Shown piece after piece: positions 35,482 through 43,206 of a stretch of DNA of 43,206 nt; the stretch's first letter is position 1, and every line of letters starts with the position of its first letter. The stretch lies in NCBI GenBank assembly GCA_024276825.1, contig JAJRWI010000026.1:1-43206 (forward strand). The letters run 5' to 3'. The notes under the pieces were generated by a model that saw nothing but the letters and a program-made list of their open reading frames with translations, was not told the origin of the DNA and did not search any database. Origin of the DNA: an archaeon. GTDB lineage: Archaea; Asgardarchaeota; Thorarchaeia; Thorarchaeales; Thorarchaeaceae. Both the position numbers and the translations under genes were made by a program.

Positions 35482-38226
35482 TCATTCACGCTCCTTTGAC
35501 AGAACAATTGTGGCATGCATTGCTGCTGCACTGCCGGCAGTTACACTGTCAGGAATGTCTTTTGGACTATCACTGCATCCACACACATATACTCCTTTGA
35601 CACTCGAATCTACAGGATCAACGAATTGGTCTAAGACTTGAATATATCCATCCTCGTATAATCTCAAGTTCAATCCCTTCATGAATGGCTCAAGTCCTTC
35701 TGCAGGTATTATTCCTGGGCTTAGGATCACCATGTCATGTCTTGCCTCTCCAAGTCTGTCATTCACAATGTCCTCATAACTCACAATGAGATCTTGTGTA
35801 TGAGGATCTTCATCTATCTGACCAACTCGCCCTCTTATGAAATGCACACCAAACCGTCTTTTTGCCATTTGATAGAACTCTTCGAAGCCCTTTCCAAAAG
35901 ACCTCACATCCGTGTAATAGATTGTGACATCAATGTCAGGATGATGTTCTTTTGCCATGACAGCGTTTTTGATTGCATACATGCAGCATATACGCGAGCA
36001 ATAAGGTACGCCCATCTTTACATCTCTAGAACCAACGCATTGAACAAATGCAATTGACTTAGGGACCTTTCCGTCTGAGAGACGCACGAGATGTCCATGT
36101 GTTGGTCCAGCCGCATTGATCAAACGTTCGAACTGCATTGCATGAATGACATTATAATGTATACCAAAGCCAAGGCGTTCATACCTGCTCACATCGAACA
36201 GTTTGTATCCGGTTGCAATCACAATCGCGCCAACGTTCAGTTCAACGACTTCATCATTCATTGAGTGATCGATTGCCTCGCGTGTACAGGCTTTTACACA
36301 TTGCTCGCACTCACAACAAATACCGCATTCTATGCAGCGACCGGCCTCTTCCAGCACCTCTTCTTCGCTATAGCCTTGCTCAATTTCTTTGAATGAATCA
36401 ACTCTTATTGTTGGCTTCAATTTCTTTGGATGCACTTTCTCTTGCTTGGGAAATCTTGCCTTTGGAATATCTTCAGAGGGAATCTCTTTGAATTCCACTG
36501 GTCTTCCTTCAAACATATCTTGGCCCTGCAAGAATCGATGTATTGACTCAGCAGCCTCATGACCATGCGCAACAGCGTCAACCACAAGGCCACCACCAGT
36601 AACCACATCACCACCAGCAAACACGCAGGGATTACTTGTCTGATATGTTATTGGATCGACCACAGGCGTTCCCCAGGATGTCGTTTTCAATTCAGTATGA
36701 GGACCATCCTCACCAACGCGTTGTCCTATTGCAATTATGACATTATCAAGTTGGATGGTAAATTCTGAATCAGGAATTGGAATTGGACGTCTACGTCCTG
36801 ATTCATCAGGTTCGCCAAGTCGCATTCTGATACATTTGATGCCAGCCACTTTGTTCTTCATGGTCAGGATCTCAACAGGGTTTGCGAGTAGGACCAGTTC
36901 AATACCCTCATCCTCAGCATCACTAATCTCGCTCTTGATAGCAGGCATCTCTGCACGAGACCTTCTATAAATGATGAATACCTTATAGGCTCCTAGGCGC
37001 TTGGCTACTCGAGCTGCATCAATTGCCGCATTACCTCCTCCAATGACCGCAACATAGTTGCCAACTTCAACTTTTTCGCCACTATTCACTCGATCCAGAA
37101 ACTCAAGCGCATGAAAGACTCCCTCGGCATCCTCACCATCAACCTTTAGACGGCTTGAAACTGGAGCGCCAATTCCTAGAAACACTGCACTGAATCCCTT
37201 TTCCAAGAGGCTCTCTACAGACCTGATCTTCTTATTGAATTTGAATTTTACACCCAAATCTTCAACCATGGAGATCTCTTCATCCAGAATTTCTCGTGGT
37301 AGACGATACTCAGGAATGCCATATCGGAGCAATCCGCCAGGTTTCTCTCTTGCCTCGAAGACTGTCACTGGATATCCTAGCTTGGCCAGTTTCTCGGCAC
37401 ATGCAATACCTGCAGGACCAGCTCCAATAACAGCAACCTTCTTTTTCTTATCGGGCTTGACTGGTGTGGGAGTGTAAGTTCCCTGTTCACGCTCATAATC
37501 AGCAAGCCATCTGTGACTGTCTCGGATGTTAATTGGATTATCAATTAGACCTCGTTCACATTTCTCTTCACAGGGGGCAGGACAAACACGGCCCAGAGTC
37601 CCAGGGAATGGAATCGATCTTCTTACAATCTCAAGAGCATCATCATATTTGTGTTCTCGAATTAATGCCAAAAAGCCCTGACCATTAACATGAGCAGGAC
37701 AATTGATTCTGCATGCAGGATGTCCGCGCTTATCAATGGTATGAGTATTTGGTGTTGCTTGTGGGAACGGAACATAGATGGCCTTTCTAAATCCTAGTCC
37801 TTGGTCAAACTCGTTTGGGACTTCTGTGGGACATACTGGGACGCAGTCACCACAACCAGAACATTTTTCCAGATCAACATATCGTGCTTTCTTCAACACT
37901 TTGACTTTAAAATCGCCCGCTTTCCCCTTGATGTCTTTTACTTCAGAATATGTCAATAGTTCTATATTTGGATGATGAGCGACTTCACTCAATTTTGGTG
38001 TCAATATACAGGCACTGCAGTCAAGAGTGGGAAATGTCTTGTCCAGCATTGCCATTTTTCCGCCAATGCTAGAGGTCTTTTCAACAAGAAAGACCTTGAA
38101 TCCTTGATTTGCTATGTCCAGAGCAGCTTGCATTCCGGCCACTCCGCCACCCACAACGAGCGCACTACCTGGATCTCCCATTTTTACACTGCTGATCTTC
38201 TGGGCACTTTTTTCGACAGTCAACAT
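35482..38226 (-). CDS. hdrA: HdrA/HdrL-type protein lacking the N- and C-terminal Fe-S domains, with inserted GltD-like NAD(P)H module
   Basis: GGGVAG at about residue 26, DKTFPTLDCSAC, CRINCPAH..GRVCPAPCEEKC..GAGPAG..GGGNAAIDAAR..YRRSR, FERL, CVGSR..CSRICC, PKDIPDSV. Confidence 0.93.
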   Translation of the reverse strand: MLTVEKSAQKISSVKMGDPGSALVVGGGVAGMQAALDIANQGFKVFLVEKTSSIGGKMAMLDKTFPTLDCSACILTPKLSEVAHHPNIELLTYSEVKDIKGKAGDFKVKVLKKARYVDLEKCSGCGDCVPVCPTEVPNEFDQGLGFRKAIYVPFPQATPNTHTIDKRGHPACRINCPAHVNGQGFLALIREHKYDDALEIVRRSIPFPGTLGRVCPAPCEEKCERGLIDNPINIRDSHRWLADYEREQGTYTPTPVKPDKKKKVAVIGAGPAGIACAEKLAKLGYPVTVFEAREKPGGLLRYGIPEYRLPREILDEEISMVEDLGVKFKFNKKIRSVESLLEKGFSAVFLGIGAPVSSRLKVDGEDAEGVFHALEFLDRVNSGEKVEVGNYVAVIGGGNAAIDAARVAKRLGAYKVFIIYRRSRAEMPAIKSEISDAEDEGIELVLLANPVEILTMKNKVAGIKCIRMRLGEPDESGRRRPIPIPDSEFTIQLDNVIIAIGQRVGEDGPHTELKTTSWGTPVVDPITYQTSNPCVFAGGDVVTGGGLVVDAVAHGHEAAESIHRFLQGQDMFEGRPVEFKEIPSEDIPKARFPKQEKVHPKKLKPTIRVDSFKEIEQGYSEEEVLEEAGRCIECGICCECEQCVKACTREAIDHSMNDEVVELNVGAIVIATGYKLFDVSRYERLGFGIHYNVIHAMQFERLINAAGPTHGHLVRLSDGKVPKSIAFVQCVGSRDVKMGVPYCSRICCMYAIKNAVMAKEHHPDIDVTIYYTDVRSFGKGFEEFYQMAKRRFGVHFIRGRVGQIDEDPHTQDLIVSYEDIVNDRLGEARHDMVILSPGIIPAEGLEPFMKGLNLRLYEDGYIQVLDQFVDPVDSSVKGVYVCGCSDSPKDIPDSVTAGSAAAMHATIVLSKERE

Positions 38227-39104
38227 TTTACCTCCTGTAGAGCGTTAATGATAGGTTCGGGGCTGATTTTATTCAAGTCAAGACCCAGTGTTTCTTCATC
38301 AATACCGAATGCAATCCCCATTAGTTGGGGCAATTGCAAAACTGGGATTCTATCCTCTGATTTTAGATCGCCACCAAATTGAACTTGTGCTAATTGAATA
38401 TCACAGAAGCCGCAGGCAGTGACAATGCCTTGTCCACCAACAGACCGAACATTTTCTATCTTCTCCAATCCTATCCGATTGGAGGCCTCGGGATCCATTG
38501 CTAACAGCGGACCTCCACAACATCGAGTTTTCTCGGGATATTGAACTACAGTAGCACCCAATGCTTCAATCATATGGTCCATTATCATTGGATTTTCTGG
38601 ATCATCAATCTGGGCTAACTCCCAAGGACGGGTCAGGTGACACCCGTAATGAGTTGCTAGAACCAGACTTGGGTCAAAGGGCCTGACAACTGCATCTTTG
38701 ATCTTTTCAATACCCACATCATCTCTTAGGATCTGAATGAGATGAACAACTTTAGCAGCACCTGTGTATTCCAAATCCTCTTCTTTCAGAAGAGAGTTGA
38801 TTTCAATTCTTAATTCTTTATTATTGTCAAGCTCATGCTTTGCATGCTTCAATGAGTGGTTGCAGGCACCACAAGTCACACAGATATCCTTTTCAAACTT
38901 CTCAGCTAAGGCAAGAATTCTTCCAGACATTGCAACAAAAGCATTTGGACTTAAGGACTCCACATATTGAGCCCCACAACAGTTTGCATTGTGTAGATAG
39001 GACAGTTTGATTCCCAATTTGTCCAAGACCGCAATTGTGGAGGCTTCATATTGAGGCAGTCTTACTGGAGATGTACATCCGGGATAATAGAAATATTCTT
39101 TCAT
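38220..39104 (-). CDS. hdrB: Heterodisulfide reductase subunit B
   Basis: YYPGC..NCCGA..TCGAC and HYGCH..CCGG..ACGFC. Confidence 0.94.
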   Translation of the reverse strand: MKEYFYYPGCTSPVRLPQYEASTIAVLDKLGIKLSYLHNANCCGAQYVESLSPNAFVAMSGRILALAEKFEKDICVTCGACNHSLKHAKHELDNNKELRIEINSLLKEEDLEYTGAAKVVHLIQILRDDVGIEKIKDAVVRPFDPSLVLATHYGCHLTRPWELAQIDDPENPMIMDHMIEALGATVVQYPEKTRCCGGPLLAMDPEASNRIGLEKIENVRSVGGQGIVTACGFCDIQLAQVQFGGDLKSEDRIPVLQLPQLMGIAFGIDEETLGLDLNKISPEPIINALQEVKC

Positions 39105-39107
39105 TGC

Positions 39108-39602
39108 TTAGATGACCCCCTTGAAATACTTGGACATCAGACGTCTAGTAAATTCTTCATTCCATTCTAAGTTAGTGTCAAGATTCAAGTTCTCACGGTC
39201 TTCCTCAATAAAATCAGAATAAGCATCTTCCAACATCCACCCATCCAAGAGGACCGTTTTTGTTGCCTGCTTAAAGGCATCAGGGATGTAGCCCTCCTTA
39301 ACAGCCAATTGTCGTACAACATGGAAAATGTCTACTGGACTCGCACCTTCTTGACATCTGTCTTCGCAAGTTCTGCACATCATGCATAACCAAGGTAAAT
39401 CATCCTTTAGGACCTCGTTTCTCTCACCAATTAGGATCTTTTGTATGAGTTTACGAGGGCGATATTTATCAACGACTGATGCAACGGAACATGTCGCGCT
39501 GCAGATTCCACATTGAATACATTTTCTTATATCTTCCCCACCTGGTATTGATGCGATTTCCATCGCAAAACTTGATGTTGGGGAGTGCAATTCTTTGCTC
39601 AC
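39108..39602 (-). CDS. hdrC: Heterodisulfide reductase subunit C
   Basis: GTG start with AGGAGGT SD; CIQCGICSATC and WLCMMCRTCEDRC. Confidence 0.94.
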   Translation of the reverse strand: MSKELHSPTSSFAMEIASIPGGEDIRKCIQCGICSATCSVASVVDKYRPRKLIQKILIGERNEVLKDDLPWLCMMCRTCEDRCQEGASPVDIFHVVRQLAVKEGYIPDAFKQATKTVLLDGWMLEDAYSDFIEEDRENLNLDTNLEWNEEFTRRLMSKYFKGVI

Positions 39603-39891
39603 AAGCTTTTACCTCCTATCAAAGATGAGTTTTACATTCGGAGCTCTGGTTTGTTGATGATAGGATTCCGACATATTACACTAATTCAGTGTAACAAATC
39701 GCTAATCATCAATACATATTACATTCTGAAACTTAGCTCTTTGAGAAAGCAAACGCCTATATTTCTACTGAGTCGAATTCATTCAAGAAATTAACCATGC
39801 ATGAATGTAAACCGTACATTTATTGATAGGTTCATGCATCAATCCATGCATTTTTCCTATTGAACAAACATTACGTTAATTGTAGTAATGA

Positions 39892-41766
39892 TTATTGAAT
39901 TAAATCGTCTGGAGAAACATAGTCTCCAAATTGATCACATGCCTGAAGCAATCTCATATTTTGCTCTTCAAGAATCTTGAATACCTCTTTAGGAACAGCA
40001 TTTTGTAGATTATTATATTCATCTAGCATTCTCTTCACTTTTGCTAAATGTTCAGGTATCCTAACAGTGAACTGTTCCACATATTCTTCATAAGAATAGT
40101 CCTTTCCAAGATATAACTTGAATAATTCTGCCAAGTCACTATACTGGGGAATTAGACCTGTTGGAGTTTCGATGGCATTGACCTCCCCATGAATTCGCAA
40201 GTCCATCCATTGCAGCCAGACTCTCTTGTCTTCTTTGCCATTCAAGTAATTGCCATTATCATCTTGAAGAAAATAATTGACACTATAGATCTTTGGCACT
40301 TGTTTAAGTTCAGCAGCAAATCTAAGATGATTCTGGATGTAGTCACCTAACGGGATAGACATGAAGTCCATATTTGAGAATGGGTTGAATTTTCTTATGC
40401 CGCTGGGTCCGAGTGTTGCTGAAGTTGTGAGTGATTCCAGACTTGCACCCATTGTGACAATTCCATGATGCCAGTCAAAAGCCTCTTGGACTGGGACCCA
40501 AGTGTTTGGATCTCGTCCTCCATAGATGAATGCACCTACAACCACGCCTTGCGGATCATCCCATGCATCATCCAAGTTGGGCAGACCTTCTAGGGCAATT
40601 GTATAGCGAGCATTTTTATGAGCATGCAGGATTTCCTCTCCATTCTCATCGAGTTTTCCCTTAAACCAGGCACCAGAATGATTGATTCCTCTCTCTGGAA
40701 TTGGTCTACCATCGCCCAGCCAATAAGGCACACCCTCATGAACCAACACATTAGAGAATATCACAGGTTGATCGCTATGAAGAACTTTCCAAATCACAGG
40801 ATCGTCTTTTTCATTCACCGAACGAATTATTCCGAAGATGCCTTTCTCTACATTTACAGCTCTGGCTAATCCATCAATATTCTTAATATAGGATATATCA
40901 TCTCCAACAATACTTGCCCCTTGAATCATAGCCGTACTTGTCTTGCCGCACCCAGATGGAAAGGCTCCAGTCAAATAGGTCTTTCTTCCACTAGGGCCAT
41001 GGACTGCCATCAAAAACATATGCTCTGCAAGCCAACCTTCACGATGTGCCTTTCTGATAGCAAGGCGAAGTGCAAGTTTTTTCAGACCAATTGAGTTGCC
41101 AGCATACTGTGTGTTATAGCTGTAGACGGTGTTTGTTGAATAATCGATGGCAACTCCACGTCTCTGCCAGTCAATACTTGTGGCATGAATGAGTTTTCCT
41201 GAGGAATGAAGCATCCAGAATACTTCTTTGTCATCGGGCAAGTATTTGAAATAGTCATAACCACGGCGATAGAGAAGATCTTCGCTGTGCGCCACATAGA
41301 AGGAGTCTGTGATCTGAACAGCAGGAATTGAAAAGACTGAGTTAACAGGTCCAAGCACAAAGAATCTTACAACCATTTTTTTATTTCTCATGCTACCCTT
41401 CATTCTCTGTTTGACAAGTTTGAGACCCTCGTCTCTGTCCATCTGAAGTAAATGCTCACCCAGCGATTCGCCCTTAGGCACGAGATACATGGTTCGCTCT
41501 TTATCGCGCGCTTGATCAAAGTAGCCATCAAAATGAACGGTGTGATTAGGATTTGTAAGTTCGGTCTCCTCACCGCGAGCAATGGCAGTTCGCCTGATGT
41601 ACTCAACATCCATCTCGCTGTCATCACAGATGAACACCTTCATGGGCTCGCATAGTTCTATTGCTCTTGCAATGAAATCATGGACCCGTTTTGAGCGAAT
41701 TTTCAACAGCTTCAGAAGGTTTGCATCATTAAGATGCTGTTCAAGGATGGACATGGTGTCTTGCAA
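39892..41766 (-). CDS. pckG: Phosphoenolpyruvate carboxykinase (GTP)
   Basis: YAGNSIGLKKLALR, WLAEHM, AFPSGCGKTSTAM, VGDDI, NVEKGIFG, NARY, YGGRD. The start could be ATG 41754. Confidence 0.96.
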   Translation of the reverse strand: MQDTMSILEQHLNDANLLKLLKIRSKRVHDFIARAIELCEPMKVFICDDSEMDVEYIRRTAIARGEETELTNPNHTVHFDGYFDQARDKERTMYLVPKGESLGEHLLQMDRDEGLKLVKQRMKGSMRNKKMVVRFFVLGPVNSVFSIPAVQITDSFYVAHSEDLLYRRGYDYFKYLPDDKEVFWMLHSSGKLIHATSIDWQRRGVAIDYSTNTVYSYNTQYAGNSIGLKKLALRLAIRKAHREGWLAEHMFLMAVHGPSGRKTYLTGAFPSGCGKTSTAMIQGASIVGDDISYIKNIDGLARAVNVEKGIFGIIRSVNEKDDPVIWKVLHSDQPVIFSNVLVHEGVPYWLGDGRPIPERGINHSGAWFKGKLDENGEEILHAHKNARYTIALEGLPNLDDAWDDPQGVVVGAFIYGGRDPNTWVPVQEAFDWHHGIVTMGASLESLTTSATLGPSGIRKFNPFSNMDFMSIPLGDYIQNHLRFAAELKQVPKIYSVNYFLQDDNGNYLNGKEDKRVWLQWMDLRIHGEVNAIETPTGLIPQYSDLAELFKLYLGKDYSYEEYVEQFTVRIPEHLAKVKRMLDEYNNLQNAVPKEVFKILEEQNMRLLQACDQFGDYVSPDDLIQ

Positions 41767-41946
41767 GGTGGTCGCCTCTCAATACTTGCGTGATGACAAG
41801 GAGTTCGCTGGGCTACTTCTTTATATGTGCACCGACAGTTGCATATTCAACAAGAGTCTTTTCATTAATAGTAAAGAAGGTAAGACTCAAAAGTAACATG
41901 CGCCGCAACTGGCTCGTCAATTCCATTCACATAAGAACAGGAGAGA

Positions 41947-43206
41947 ATGGTCATGCTTAAGGAATTCAAATATGATATTCCACGGCTTGAGAAGGGATAT
42001 GCAAATCAAACATTGTATTTCAATCTAAGCAATTTAGAGATAAAGATCAAGCCTGTGGACGAAAAGATGAAAGAAACCTTTACTGGAGGCAAGGGTTTCG
42101 ATCTGTGGTTGATGTGGAACAGTCTTCCCAAAGACAAGATTGTAAAGTGGGATGATCCAGAGAATGAGATCTGCATTGCTGCAGGGCCTCTCGGTGCAAC
42201 CTCGCTGTATCCAGGAGCTGGAAAGTCCATAGTCACCAGCATATCACCTCTGACTGGTATTCCTATTGACAGTAATGTGGGAGGCTATTTCGGGCCCAAT
42301 CTGAAGGCTGCTGGTTTTGATGCAATGGAGATTCAGGGCATTGCAGAAAAGGACATTTACATCTTTATCGACGGTGATACTGGGAAGATTGAGATTCATG
42401 ATGCCACCGATCTCCCCAAGACTGCTTATGAGATAACACAGGTGCTCACTGAACGCCACACTGAATCTGGTGGTAGGGATATCTCAGTGGTTTCTACGGG
42501 AGTTGGCGCAGAGCATGCATACATGGCGTGTTTGAACTTCTCATGGTGGGATAACAAGAGAGATCACATAAGGTACAAGCAGGCCGGTAGAGGAGGCATA
42601 GGCACTGTATTCTGGCACAAACGCATCAAGGCCCTTGTTGCCAAGAAACAAAAGCTAAGTCTTGATCTCAACAACCCTGCAGATAGAGATGAACTGCTTC
42701 AAGTTGCAAGGGAGCACAGTAAAGAGATTATTGAGCTTGATCCCAAACAGAATAGAATGAGAGTCATCGGTACAGCTCATCTACCAAGCATAATGGATGA
42801 GTTCGATCTCCTGCCAACACGAAACTTCAGGACTGGTGGCGATCCTGAAGCCAAGAAGTTGTTTGGAGATGTCTGGGAAAAGACATTCACAAACACCGGC
42901 AAAGGCTGGGATGGTTGCTGGAGACCCTGTGCGATAAACTGCTCTCATTGCATAGAGGGCTTTGTTCCAAAGACAGGACCATTTGCAGGCAAGAAAGTGC
43001 TCGTTGATGGTCCAGAGTATGAAACCATTGCTGGTTGTGGTTCCAACATAGGAGTCTTCGATCCCCACTATGTTGCTGAGTTAAACTTCTACTGTGATGC
43101 TTATGGAATTGACACGATAAGTTTTGGAACGACAATGGCATTTGTGATGGAGCTCTTCTCGGAAGGATACATTGATGAGAAAGCAACTGGGGGACACAAT
43201 CTAGAA
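41947..43206 (+). CDS. aor: Tungsten-containing aldehyde:ferredoxin oxidoreductase family protein (runs off the window's right edge)
   Basis: Not in the ORF track (no stop in window). ATG 41947 follows AGGAG; motifs GGKG, SPLTG..DSNVGG, AGRGGIG, CWRPCAINC, GPEYET and CDAYGIDTIS. Confidence 0.93.
   Translation, partial: MVMLKEFKYDIPRLEKGYANQTLYFNLSNLEIKIKPVDEKMKETFTGGKGFDLWLMWNSLPKDKIVKWDDPENEICIAAGPLGATSLYPGAGKSIVTSISPLTGIPIDSNVGGYFGPNLKAAGFDAMEIQGIAEKDIYIFIDGDTGKIEIHDATDLPKTAYEITQVLTERHTESGGRDISVVSTGVGAEHAYMACLNFSWWDNKRDHIRYKQAGRGGIGTVFWHKRIKALVAKKQKLSLDLNNPADRDELLQVAREHSKEIIELDPKQNRMRVIGTAHLPSIMDEFDLLPTRNFRTGGDPEAKKLFGDVWEKTFTNTGKGWDGCWRPCAINCSHCIEGFVPKTGPFAGKKVLVDGPEYETIAGCGSNIGVFDPHYVAELNFYCDAYGIDTISFGTTMAFVMELFSEGYIDEKATGGHNLE

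Noticed and set aside
22860-38226. Selenocysteine in HdrA or MvhD, which are selenoproteins in some archaea
   Set aside because: All four HdrA and both MvhD frames are uninterrupted, with no in-frame TGA. Their terminal TGAs overlap or abut the next gene in another frame (e.g. stop 35482-35484, next ATG 35480), so there is no read-through fusion.
303-43186. Numerous 60-136 aa ORFs antisense to or nested in long genes (e.g. 303-521, 1489-1686, 10157-10504, 20283-20690, 37972-38382, 42781-43068)
   Set aside because: Shadow ORFs of well-supported genes with no recognisable motifs.

Overview
Archaeal genomic window, most consistent with an Asgard archaeon, probably Thorarchaeia (inferred from gene content and a eukaryote-type SECIS, not from a marker gene). 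It has two parts. (1) About 1-22.4 kb is a visibly more AT-rich accessory region. It encodes an M23-peptidase-like secreted protein (partial) and a 1199-aa single-pass protein (8-blade beta-propeller, 16 Ca-binding repeats, TM helix, cytoplasmic adaptin-ear-like domain and Zn ribbon). It also encodes two tandem ESCRT-III/Snf7-like helical proteins, two giant paralogous FG-GAP-propeller/Ig-like surface proteins with a conserved short cytoplasmic tail, a PCI/winged-helix-like protein and an SPFH-like protein. Together these form a candidate receptor and membrane-remodelling locus. (2) About 22.5-43.2 kb is energy metabolism: two adjacent heterodisulfide reductase clusters with four architecturally different HdrA/HdrL proteins, an Mvh-type hydrogenase, GTP-dependent PEP carboxykinase and a partial tungsten aldehyde:ferredoxin oxidoreductase. 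The hydrogenase large subunit lacks its C-terminal metal-binding motif. That motif is supplied by a 50-aa selenoprotein gene missed by the ORF track (vhuU, 30636-30788, in-frame UGA in RCYDC-U-LSCAAH). A eukaryote-like SECIS hairpin follows, and its AUGA core contains the gene's own stop codon.
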